DNA of 60,163 nt, counting the filler. It is 5 parts of 5 records of this genome, joined end to end, with 100 filler letters (N's around TTAATTAATTAA, not from the genome) between each part and the next. Parts side by side here need not be neighbours in the genome. Positions count along the whole stretch, not along the records: positions 31,404 to 40,735 come from DRR723986_14715; positions 40,836 to 52,089 come from DRR723986_14723; 3 more parts are not named here. One strand, given 5' to 3'. Positions 32,323 to 42,360 of this stretch are shown here, piece by piece. Each line of letters begins with the position of its first letter. The stretch's first letter is position 1. The notes under the pieces are model-generated. The model saw only the letters and a program-made list of their open reading frames with translations. It made no database searches and was not told the origin of the DNA. The position numbers and the translations under genes are program-made.

Positions 32323-33417
32323 ATGGTTCAAATTTTAGTTGCGGCAGTGGATTTCGGAAATTTTCCATCGCGTTTCGCCAGAATCGCGACCCTCTACCCG
32401 ACAAAACGAATTGCCTTCTCCCGCGCCAACCTGAGGGACATCAAGCCCCGCTCGCTGCTTCTTGTCGACTTTCTGGGCCTTGGCACTGACCAAATCGAAA
32501 TACTTCGAGATTTTTCGAGAAGCGGCCAATCCGTGCCGGTGCTCGGCATCGTTGACACAAAAAGCAGACAGAGCGTGCTGCAGGCGCGCGAGCTCGGCTT
32601 CTACAATCTGATAGATCGCGAGGAAAAATTCGCGACACTGTTCGAAAAAATACGCGAAGTGGTGGGCGACTATTCCAAACCGACGCTGCCCAGCCGGTAT
32701 TCGGAGAAAATCGTCAAGTCGGTTGAAACCACCAGCATGGGCTTGAACCTGATGTCGGCCGCCGCCCTTTCCGGCGCTCCCCTGCCTATGCAGCTTCTGG
32801 CAACCAACGCCCAGGACATCACCTCGGTCATCATGACGGACGGTCTCGACAGTTGGTTGAGTGCGGTTCAATGCCACCACAGCCACACCTTCTGCCACAC
32901 GATGATGGTCGCCGGACACACGGTTTCGTTTTCGCGTGCACTCGGCCATTCCGAAGCGGAGCAGACAATTCTCGGACTGGGTGCACTGGTGCACGACCTG
33001 GGCAAGGTCAAGATCCCGCTTTCCATCCTGGACAAGCCTGGCAGGCTGACCCTGGAAGAACGTGAGCTTGTCAACAAACATCCGCTCTTTAGCCGGGAGA
33101 TGCTGGCAACGCGCCAGGAAGTTCCAAAGCAGGTTGTCGAGATGGCGCTGTATCACCATGAGTTTCTGGACGGAACCGGGTATCCGGATGGCCTCAGGGG
33201 CAATCAGATCTCGCAAAGGGTCAGGCTTCTGACGATCAGCGACATCTATTCCGCCCTCACCGAAAAACGAGCCTACAAGGACAGCCTCAGTCCGCGCCAG
33301 GCCTTTGCGATCATGTTCGAGATGAAGGGCAAGCTCGACATGGACCTGTTGCGAAAATTTAGAACCCAGGTGCTGAGCTCGGAATTCGGCCGTGTCCGGC
33401 GGCAGGCCAGGGCATGA
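32323..33417 (+). CDS. HD-GYP domain c-di-GMP phosphodiesterase
   Basis: HDLGK, HHEFLDGTGYP and DIYSALTEKRAYK. Confidence 0.9.
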   Translation: MVQILVAAVDFGNFPSRFARIATLYPTKRIAFSRANLRDIKPRSLLLVDFLGLGTDQIEILRDFSRSGQSVPVLGIVDTKSRQSVLQARELGFYNLIDREEKFATLFEKIREVVGDYSKPTLPSRYSEKIVKSVETTSMGLNLMSAAALSGAPLPMQLLATNAQDITSVIMTDGLDSWLSAVQCHHSHTFCHTMMVAGHTVSFSRALGHSEAEQTILGLGALVHDLGKVKIPLSILDKPGRLTLEERELVNKHPLFSREMLATRQEVPKQVVEMALYHHEFLDGTGYPDGLRGNQISQRVRLLTISDIYSALTEKRAYKDSLSPRQAFAIMFEMKGKLDMDLLRKFRTQVLSSEFGRVRRQARA

Positions 33418-33602
33418 GACCTGGGAAAACACCCCAAGGCTGCAGCGCTAAATTCAACACCGCTCCAGGATTGCGCGATCACCTATTTGTGTTGTCAAAA
33501 ATAGCTATATCGTCCGACTAGAAAGGGTCATTGAAACTCTTTCTTCAGTTTCCCCTACGACAATATCTCCCCCTACAGAGGCAAAAACCGGGAGTAAACA
33601 AG

Positions 33603-35081
33603 GTGCTGTTTTCAGGGTCGAACATGTGGAAAGCCGCCTTTGATGCGCTAAACCGCTCGCAGGCCATCATCGAGTTTACACCCGAAGGCACGATCCTGAC
33701 TGCCAATCCCAATTTCCTGAAAGCGATGGGCTACGCCCTCAATGAAGTTCAGGGAAAACCTCACAGCATGTTTGTCGACCCTGCCCACGCGGCATCGGCA
33801 GAATACAAGGCCTTCTGGAAAAAGCTGGCCCAAGGCGAATTTCAGACCGCCGAATATCTGCGCTACGGCAAGGGTGGCCGGGAAGTCTGGATCCAGGCCT
33901 CGTACAACCCGATCCTCAACACCGCCGGCAAGGTGGTCAAGGTAGTCAAGATCGCCTCGGACATCACCGAGCGCAAGCAGAAGAGCGCCGATTTTGAAGG
34001 TCAGGTTGAAGCGATGAACCGGTCGCAGGCCGTGATCCATTTCGACCTCGACGGCACGATCCTCGACGCGAACGAAAATTTCCTGTCCGCGATGGGTTAC
34101 TCCCTCGATGAAATCAAGGGCCGCAAACACGGCATGTTCGTCGAAAAGGACCATGCGGCGAGCACGGAGTACCGGCAGTTCTGGAAGAATCTCGCCGAAG
34201 GCAAATTTCAGGCGGGTGAGTTCAAGCGCATCGGCAAGGGCGGGCGCGAAGTCTGGATCCAGGCAACCTACAATCCGATATTCGATTCCGCCGGTCGTCC
34301 CTTCAAGGTCGTGAAATTCGCGACTGACCGCACACCGCAAGTCGTCGAAAGACGTCGCCGCGCCACCGTTCAACAGGGCATCGACCAGGATCTGTCCGAA
34401 ATCGCCACGGCCATTTCCAACACGACGGAACAGGCCACCACATCGGCCTCGGCGTCCGAACAGACCTATTCCAGCGTGCAGACCGTCGCGGCGGCGGCAG
34501 AAGAACTCGTTGCTTCGATTCAGGAAATCAGCCGCCAGGTCCAGACCGCGCTTGAAGTTTCGCAAAGCGCTGCGACCGAGGCCGAGCGGTCCAGTGACAT
34601 CATGAGCGGGCTGTCTGAGGATGCAAAGACGATCGGTTCGGTAATCGAACTGATCGACGGCATTGCCGACCAGACAAATCTGCTGGCCCTGAACGCGACC
34701 ATCGAGGCAGCAAGAGCAGGGGAAGCCGGCAAGGGCTTTGCCGTTGTTGCCTCCGAAGTGAAGAGCCTCGCCGCGCAGACAAGCAAGGCAACCGAAGAGA
34801 TCTCCAATCAGATCGGCTCCATGCAGGAGACGACCGGTCAGGCAGTCGCCGCAATCGAGTCGATCCTGGCAGTCATCAAGAATGTCGGAGACATCGCCGC
34901 CAGCATCGCATCCTCGGTCGAGGAGCAATCGGCGGTTACGAACGACATATCCTCCAACATGCATTCGGCCGCACAGGGCGTGGAACGGATCACCTCCAAC
35001 ATGCAGTCGATCTCCTCGGCAACTGCCCAGATAGACGCCGCGACGAAGAACGTTAAGCAGGCCTCGCAATCCCTGATGTGA
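33603..35081 (+). CDS. Soluble PAS-PAS methyl-accepting chemotaxis protein (BdlA-like)
   Basis: Two PAS-PAC repeats (SQAIIEF...WIQASYNP), no TM helices, [34 protein letters not shown] before GTG 33603. Confidence 0.92.
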   Translation: MLFSGSNMWKAAFDALNRSQAIIEFTPEGTILTANPNFLKAMGYALNEVQGKPHSMFVDPAHAASAEYKAFWKKLAQGEFQTAEYLRYGKGGREVWIQASYNPILNTAGKVVKVVKIASDITERKQKSADFEGQVEAMNRSQAVIHFDLDGTILDANENFLSAMGYSLDEIKGRKHGMFVEKDHAASTEYRQFWKNLAEGKFQAGEFKRIGKGGREVWIQATYNPIFDSAGRPFKVVKFATDRTPQVVERRRRATVQQGIDQDLSEIATAISNTTEQATTSASASEQTYSSVQTVAAAAEELVASIQEISRQVQTALEVSQSAATEAERSSDIMSGLSEDAKTIGSVIELIDGIADQTNLLALNATIEAARAGEAGKGFAVVASEVKSLAAQTSKATEEISNQIGSMQETTGQAVAAIESILAVIKNVGDIAASIASSVEEQSAVTNDISSNMHSAAQGVERITSNMQSISSATAQIDAATKNVKQASQSLM

Positions 35082-35125
35082 ACACGGGACGCGCGATCTG
35101 ACATCACGCCCCGTCCTTGCCAGAC

Positions 35126-35161
35126 AAAAAAACCCGGTGCCAAGGCACCGGGTTTTCTTTT
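35126..35161. terminator. Bidirectional terminator between convergent genes
   Basis: A7-CCCGGTGCC-AA-GGCACCGGG-TTTTCTTTT. Confidence 0.85.
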
Positions 35162-35182
35162 GACAGGTTTTTGAACCTGGCC

Positions 35183-36223
35183 TTAGCGCGCCGGAAGCGG
35201 GATCCACTCGGCAACAGAAACATCGGCATGCTGGAACTGCGGCATCTTCTGGCCCAGGTCTTCCATGTTCTTGACGTCCTGCTCGTTCAGGAAATCCTGG
35301 GTGATCAGGGTCGGTGGCACGACAACCTGCTTGCCCGGGTCTTCACCTGCCAGCATCAGCGCCAGCGTGCGCACGCTGACTTCACCGACAACCGCCGGGT
35401 TGGTCGCGACCGTTGCCGCCCAGGCGGAATCCGGCTCGCGCATGGCAGAGATATCGGCCGTGGAAACATCCGCGGAATAAATGGCGATGTCCTGGTTGAG
35501 ACCGGCTTCATCGACCGCGATCTTCACGCCTTTGGCAAATTCATCGTAAGGGGCAAAGACGACGTTGATGTTCGGGTTGGCCTGCAGCACCGAACGGGCC
35601 TGGTTGGCAACGGAGTTGGCAATCGGGTTATCAAGCGTGCCGAACATGGCCGCTTCCGTGATCCCCGGATTGGCTTCCTTGATTTCCTTCCAGGCAACGT
35701 CGCGGCGGTCCAGCGGCGCAATGCCCGGCACATAGACATAGCCGGCGGTGAAGCTGTCGCCATTGTCCTTGATCGCCTGTTCCAGGGCCAGCTTGCCGAG
35801 CAGATAATCGGACTGTTCGATCTGCGGGATCGCATCGTTTTCAACGTTGACGTCGAAGGCGACAACCTTGATGCCCGCATCGACGGCGCGCTGCGCAGCG
35901 GCCTTCATGGATTCGGTCAGGCCGTGCTGGATGATGATGCCGTCGACACCAAGCGCGATGGCCTGGTCGACCATGTCGGCCTGAAGGGCGGCATCCTGAC
36001 GGCTGTCGAGAACACGCAGATCAACGCCAAGGGCAGCTGACTGCTTTTCAACACCCGACAGATAGGACTGGAAGAAGTCACCGGTGGACAGATAACGCAC
36101 CAGCGCGATCTTGACCTCTTCCGGCTTGTCGAACGGCGCCGGCATGTCGGCTGCAAAAGCCGCTCCGCCGGAAAGCCCGATCCCGGCGGCAACCGCCAGC
36201 TTCATGAATTCACGTCTCAGCAT
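35183..36223 (-). CDS. Sugar-type (RbsB-like) ABC substrate-binding protein, Tat signal
   Basis: MLRREFMKL twin-arginine leader; periplasmic binding protein type I motifs (DQAIALGVDGIII, GIKVVAFD); GGGAGG RBS. Confidence 0.88.
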   Translation of the reverse strand: MLRREFMKLAVAAGIGLSGGAAFAADMPAPFDKPEEVKIALVRYLSTGDFFQSYLSGVEKQSAALGVDLRVLDSRQDAALQADMVDQAIALGVDGIIIQHGLTESMKAAAQRAVDAGIKVVAFDVNVENDAIPQIEQSDYLLGKLALEQAIKDNGDSFTAGYVYVPGIAPLDRRDVAWKEIKEANPGITEAAMFGTLDNPIANSVANQARSVLQANPNINVVFAPYDEFAKGVKIAVDEAGLNQDIAIYSADVSTADISAMREPDSAWAATVATNPAVVGEVSVRTLALMLAGEDPGKQVVVPPTLITQDFLNEQDVKNMEDLGQKMPQFQHADVSVAEWIPLPAR

Positions 36224-36261
36224 TTGTTTTCCTCCCAATGGAAACGGCGCCATTCAGGGCG

Positions 36262-37290
36262 TCACGCTGTTCTCCTGCCTCCACGTCGCGAGGACAGGTA
36301 GAATGTGAAGACAAGGGCGGCGACCAACACGGCGCCCTTGACGAAATCCTGCATGTAGTAAGGGGCGTTCATCATCGTCAGCCCCTGAAGAAGAATACCG
36401 ACGAACAGTGCCCCTGCTGCCGTGCCGAAGGCGTTCGGGCGGGCAGCGCCCAGTACCGCGAAGCCGATGAGGGCCGCGGCCACGCTGTCGAGCAGAAGGT
36501 TGTTGCCTGAGGCAATGTCACCGCGGCCAAGGCGGGCAGCCAGCAGAATGCCGCCAACCGATGCCAGCATGCCGGAAATCATGTAGGCCACGATCTTGTA
36601 GCGCTGCACGTTGGTGCCGACCAGTTCGGCAGCCCGTTCGTTGGAGCCGATGGCATACATGAGGCGGCCATGCCGGGTGTAGCCCAGGAACAGCCAGATC
36701 AGCAGCGCGATCAAAAGGAACACCACCACCGGCACCGGCAGCAACCGGTCCAGGAACAGGTCGAAGCGATGCCGGCCGAGCCACAGGAAGGCCGCAGAGA
36801 ACGTGCCTTCCGCCACGACGCCCTCGCCCAGGCTCATCCCGGTCGCGATCGAATTGCCCTGGGTCGGAATGCGCTGCAAACCGATCAGAAGAAACATCAT
36901 TCCGAGCGTTGCCAAAAGGTCTGGCACCCGCATCTTCACGATCAGGAACCCGTTGATCAGCCCGACGACCGCACCCATCACCAGGCAGAGTGCAACCGCG
37001 ACAAAGGCGGATTGCTCCAGCACCACCATGGAATAGGCGGACAGCATCAGCGCCGAGGTTGCGACGGAACCGATGGACAGGTCGAACCCGCCCACCACCA
37101 GCGTACAGGTAACGCCGAGCGCCAGAATGCCGGTAATGGCCACCGACTGCAGGATGAAGACTGCCGAACGCGGGCTGGCAAAGCCGCTGGCATAGAGGCT
37201 GAAGAAAAGGGCCAGTCCGCCGAGTAGGACGAGGAAGCCGTAGCGGATGGCAAGTTCGAGCGGGTTCTTGTTCATTGTTCCGGTATTCAT
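36262..37290 (-). CDS. Sugar-type ABC permease (RbsC-like)
   Basis: GGFDLSIGS, LATLGM, GRLMYAIGSNERAA and DSVAAALIG. Confidence 0.92.
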   Translation of the reverse strand: MNTGTMNKNPLELAIRYGFLVLLGGLALFFSLYASGFASPRSAVFILQSVAITGILALGVTCTLVVGGFDLSIGSVATSALMLSAYSMVVLEQSAFVAVALCLVMGAVVGLINGFLIVKMRVPDLLATLGMMFLLIGLQRIPTQGNSIATGMSLGEGVVAEGTFSAAFLWLGRHRFDLFLDRLLPVPVVVFLLIALLIWLFLGYTRHGRLMYAIGSNERAAELVGTNVQRYKIVAYMISGMLASVGGILLAARLGRGDIASGNNLLLDSVAAALIGFAVLGAARPNAFGTAAGALFVGILLQGLTMMNAPYYMQDFVKGAVLVAALVFTFYLSSRRGGRRTA

Positions 37291-38825
37291 CCTGCCATTG
37301 CCTGCGTTGCTGGCTCGCTCTGCCCCTGCCCGCCTGCGGGCCCGGAGACATCCGCGACCAGACGGTTCAGGTCGACGTTCTTGTTGATGTATTCACCGAC
37401 GATGGCGGCCTCGTGCATGACGACGATGCGGTCGGCGATTTCCAGGGCCTCGTCGATTTCCGCCACGAAGACGAGCGTCGTGCGCCCTTTTGCGGTCTGC
37501 CGGATGTAGTGACCGATGTCCCGCCGGGCGCCGATGTCGACACCCTGGAAAGGTTCGTCCAGCAACAGCACGCGGCTTGCCTGCAACAGCCAGCGGCCGA
37601 TCATGACCTTCTGCTGGTTGCCACCCGACAGGGTGTTGATGCCGTCGCCGTTGCCCTGACAGACGATCCCGATCTTGCCGATCATGTCGTCAGCAGCCCG
37701 GCGCTGTCCGCGTTCGCTCAGGAAAGAGAACCGGCTGAATGCCCCCAGGAAAGGCAGTGTCATGTTGTTGGCGATGTCGAAGTCCGGCACCACGGCGTTC
37801 ACGCTGCGGTCCTTGGGCGACATGAACACACCCTTGGCGACGGCGTCTTCCGCACTCTTCGGAGTGTAGGCCTTGCCGTCCAGGCGCAAGGTGCCGCCGG
37901 CCGGTTTCGCAAGGCCAAACAGCACTTCCGCCAGTTCCGTGGTGCCGCTGCCGAGCAGACCCGTCAAGGCAACCACTTCGCCTTCGCGAGCAGTCAGATC
38001 GATCTGCGGGCCATTTTCGTGTAGGCGCACACCATCGACTTCCAGGATCGGATCACCGCCGGCAACCGGATCGATATCGACCTCGGTCATCTGGTGGCCA
38101 AGCATGGCGTTGACCGCGCCGACATAGTCCAGAGGCTCTGTCTCGAACAGGCCGGAAATCGCCCCGTCTCGCATGGAAACGATCCGGTCGGCCACGCGGC
38201 GGATGTCCGACATGCGGTGGGAAATATAAAGAATGGCGACACCTTCCGCACGCAGCCGGTCAATCAGCGCGAACAGGCGGTCGGCTTCGGAAGCGGACAG
38301 TGATGAGGTCGGCTCGTCCAGAATGAGCAACTTCGGCGCGCGGGCCATGGCACGTGCGATCGCGATCATCTGGCGGTCGGCAACCTCCAGATCCGCAACA
38401 CGGGTGCGCACGTCCATCGTCAGACCCATGCTTTCGGCAACCTTGCGGGCCTGCCGGCGAAGTTTCCTGTCGTTGACGAAGAAATCGGCACCCGGTTCGG
38501 TCAGGAGGTCCAGCGTCAGGTTGGTGGCAACATCGAGATCCGGAATGACACCGTCATCAATGGACTGGTGAACGGTCACGACACCCTTTGAGATGGCATC
38601 GGCCGCATCAAGCGGCTTGAAGGGTGCACCGGCCAGCTCGATCTCGCCGGCATCGGCAAAATGATAGCCGCACAGGACCTTCACCAGCGTCGACTTGCCG
38701 GCACCGTTGGCTCCCATCAGCGCCGTGACTTCGCCGGCGCGCAGCTCCAGATCGATCCCCCGAAGCACGTGGTTGCGCCCGAAGGACTTTTCCAAGCCGC
38801 TCAATTTACAGGTGACGTCTGGCAC
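37287..38825 (-). CDS. Sugar-type ABC ATP-binding protein (RbsA-like, two NBDs)
   Basis: GANGAGKST, LILDEPTSSL, YISHR, LSGGNQQKV and LLDEPFQGVDIGA. Confidence 0.93.
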   Translation of the reverse strand: MPDVTCKLSGLEKSFGRNHVLRGIDLELRAGEVTALMGANGAGKSTLVKVLCGYHFADAGEIELAGAPFKPLDAADAISKGVVTVHQSIDDGVIPDLDVATNLTLDLLTEPGADFFVNDRKLRRQARKVAESMGLTMDVRTRVADLEVADRQMIAIARAMARAPKLLILDEPTSSLSASEADRLFALIDRLRAEGVAILYISHRMSDIRRVADRIVSMRDGAISGLFETEPLDYVGAVNAMLGHQMTEVDIDPVAGGDPILEVDGVRLHENGPQIDLTAREGEVVALTGLLGSGTTELAEVLFGLAKPAGGTLRLDGKAYTPKSAEDAVAKGVFMSPKDRSVNAVVPDFDIANNMTLPFLGAFSRFSFLSERGQRRAADDMIGKIGIVCQGNGDGINTLSGGNQQKVMIGRWLLQASRVLLLDEPFQGVDIGARRDIGHYIRQTAKGRTTLVFVAEIDEALEIADRIVVMHEAAIVGEYINKNVDLNRLVADVSGPAGGQGQSEPATQAMAG

Positions 38826-38893
38826 CTTTCCTCCCGATATTTTTGCGAGTTCCTCCCCCGCTTCTCATCGTTACAACACGCTAAATAGGCATT

Positions 38894-38910
38894 TGTCAAC
38901 TGTGTTGACT
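38894..38910. promoter_or_regulatory. Back-to-back -35 hexamers / palindrome in divergent ABC-mtnK promoter
   Basis: GTCAAC-TGT-GTTGAC (38895-38909) gives TTGACA on the minus strand and TTGACT on the plus strand. Confidence 0.5.
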
Positions 38911-38963
38911 TTTGAATAATCTTGACCATTATCGGGGCAAAATAGGGAGGAACAAGACCCAAG

Positions 38964-40226
38964 ATGGACACGCCAGACCTCTATCGGCCCCTCACGCCGG
39001 AAACGCTCGGCGAAAGACTTTCCGGCATTTCCGCCGTTGCGGACAGGATCGGAGCAGACCCGTCTGACTGGACCGTTCGCGAAGTTGGCGACGGCAACCT
39101 GAACCTCGTCTTCATTGTCGAGGGCCCCAAAGGCACGATCATCGTCAAGCAGGCGCTGCCCTATGTGCGCCTGGTGGGCGACAGCTGGCCGCTGCCGCTT
39201 TATCGTGCGCTTTACGAGAACCATGCGCTTGTGCGACAGGTCGCCCGTGATCCGGGCGCGGTACCGGAGGTCTACCACTTCGATGAGGACCAGGCGCTGA
39301 TCGTCATGGAATTCCTCTCGCCGCACAAGATCCTGCGGCGCAAGCTGATCGATGGTGAAAAGGTTGCAGGGCTCGGTGCTTTCCTTGGCACCTTCTGCGC
39401 CCGCACCGCGTTTCGCGGCTCGGAACTGTCCATGAAGAGCGCGGACAAGAAGGCCGATGTCAGCCTGTTCGCCGGCAACGTGGAAATCCCCGCAATCACC
39501 GAAGCGCTGGTTTTCACCGATCCTTATTATGCTGCTGAAATGAACCACCACACGGAAGGTCTCGACCCCGTTGTGGCAGACCTGCGCGCCAATGCCGAAC
39601 TGAAGGCAAAGGTGCAGCGGTTCCTGATGAAATTTGCCTCCAACACCGAAACCATGGTGCACGGCGACCTGCACAGCGGCTCCATCATGTCCACGGACAG
39701 CGACAGCCGCGTCATCGATCCCGAATTCGTGCAATACGGCCCGCTCGGCTTCGACATCGGCATGCTGACGGCCAACTTCCTGATGGCCTATTTCAGCCAG
39801 CCGGCCCATCGCAGCGCGGAAACACTCGACGATTTCCAGGAATGGGTTCTATCGGTCATCGCCGAAACCTTCTCATCCTTCGAGGCCGAGTTCACCCGCC
39901 TCTGGAACACCGAGCGCACCGGCATGCTTTACCCGGCTTCCCTGTTCGAGGATCAGGGGCAGGCATCGGACTTCGCATGTGCGGGCCTCCTGCAGGAAAT
40001 CCGCAACGAAGCCATGGGCTATTGCGGTATCGAGATGCACCGCCGTACCCTGTCGCTCGCCCACAATGCCGACTTCGAGGAAATCGAGGACAAGCAGCTG
40101 AAGCGCCGTCTGGAAACGCGCAACCTGCTGATGGGGGCCGACCTCATCCTGTCGCCAGAAAGTTACGGCTCGACCGATGCGCTCGTGAAGCTTGCGCGCC
40201 AATTCAACAAGAAGGACATCCCATGA
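38964..40226 (+). CDS. mtnK: S-methyl-5-thioribose kinase
   Basis: EVGDGNLNLVF, KQALPYVRLVGDSWPL, HGDLHSGS and VIDPEF. Confidence 0.95.
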   Translation: MDTPDLYRPLTPETLGERLSGISAVADRIGADPSDWTVREVGDGNLNLVFIVEGPKGTIIVKQALPYVRLVGDSWPLPLYRALYENHALVRQVARDPGAVPEVYHFDEDQALIVMEFLSPHKILRRKLIDGEKVAGLGAFLGTFCARTAFRGSELSMKSADKKADVSLFAGNVEIPAITEALVFTDPYYAAEMNHHTEGLDPVVADLRANAELKAKVQRFLMKFASNTETMVHGDLHSGSIMSTDSDSRVIDPEFVQYGPLGFDIGMLTANFLMAYFSQPAHRSAETLDDFQEWVLSVIAETFSSFEAEFTRLWNTERTGMLYPASLFEDQGQASDFACAGLLQEIRNEAMGYCGIEMHRRTLSLAHNADFEEIEDKQLKRRLETRNLLMGADLILSPESYGSTDALVKLARQFNKKDIP

Positions 40227-40735
40227 AGGTCAACGGCACTCATTACCGCTCGCTCTGGTGGGATGACGACAAGGCTGCCCTGCAGATCATCGATCAGCGC
40301 TGGCTGCCGCACGAATTCCGCATCCAGCAGGTCGACACACTTCAGGACTTCGCCGACGCGATCGTTGAGATGCGCGTGCGCGGCGCGCCGCTCATTGGTG
40401 CTACCGCTGCCTACGGCATGGCACTGGCCGCAAAGATCGACCCGTCCAATGCGCATCTGGACACGGCCTGGGAGTTTCTTGACAAGACCCGGCCGACGGC
40501 CATCAACCTGCGTTGGGCGCTCAACCGCTGCCGTGCGCACCTGCTCCCGCTGCCGGAAGCCGACCGTCCCGCCGCAGCGCTGAAGCTCGCGCACGAGATT
40601 TCCGACGAAGATGTCGGCATCAACCACAGCATCGGCCAGAATGGTCTTGAGATCATCCGCAAGATCGCAGCGGGCAAGAAGGACGGAGAGCCTGTCCGCA
40701 TCCTGACCCATTGCAACGCCGGCTGGATTGCGACC
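40223..40735 (+). CDS. mtnA: S-methyl-5-thioribose-1-phosphate isomerase (3' truncated)
   Basis: ATGA overlap with mtnK; IIDQRWLP, MRVRGAPLIG, TRPTAINL and LTHCNAGWIAT. Confidence 0.93.
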
Positions 40736-40835
40736 NNNNNNNNNNNNNNNNNNNNNNNNNNNNNNNNNNNNNNNNNNNNTTAATTAATTAANNNNNNNNN
40801 NNNNNNNNNNNNNNNNNNNNNNNNNNNNNNNNNNN
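40736..40835. other. Artificial contig spacer
   Basis: N44-TTAATTAATTAA-N44. Confidence 0.99.
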
Positions 40836-40892
40836 AGACACAATGCCGCACCCCCTTGGGGGTATCTCCGCCGGGTGGGCCACCGGGCTTAG

Positions 40893-42353
<1,461 letters not shown>

Positions 42354-42360
42354 TCACGCC

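Noticed and set aside
33648-35207. 519-aa minus-strand ORF (also 32335-33432)
   Set aside because: Antisense shadows of the MCP and HD-GYP genes.
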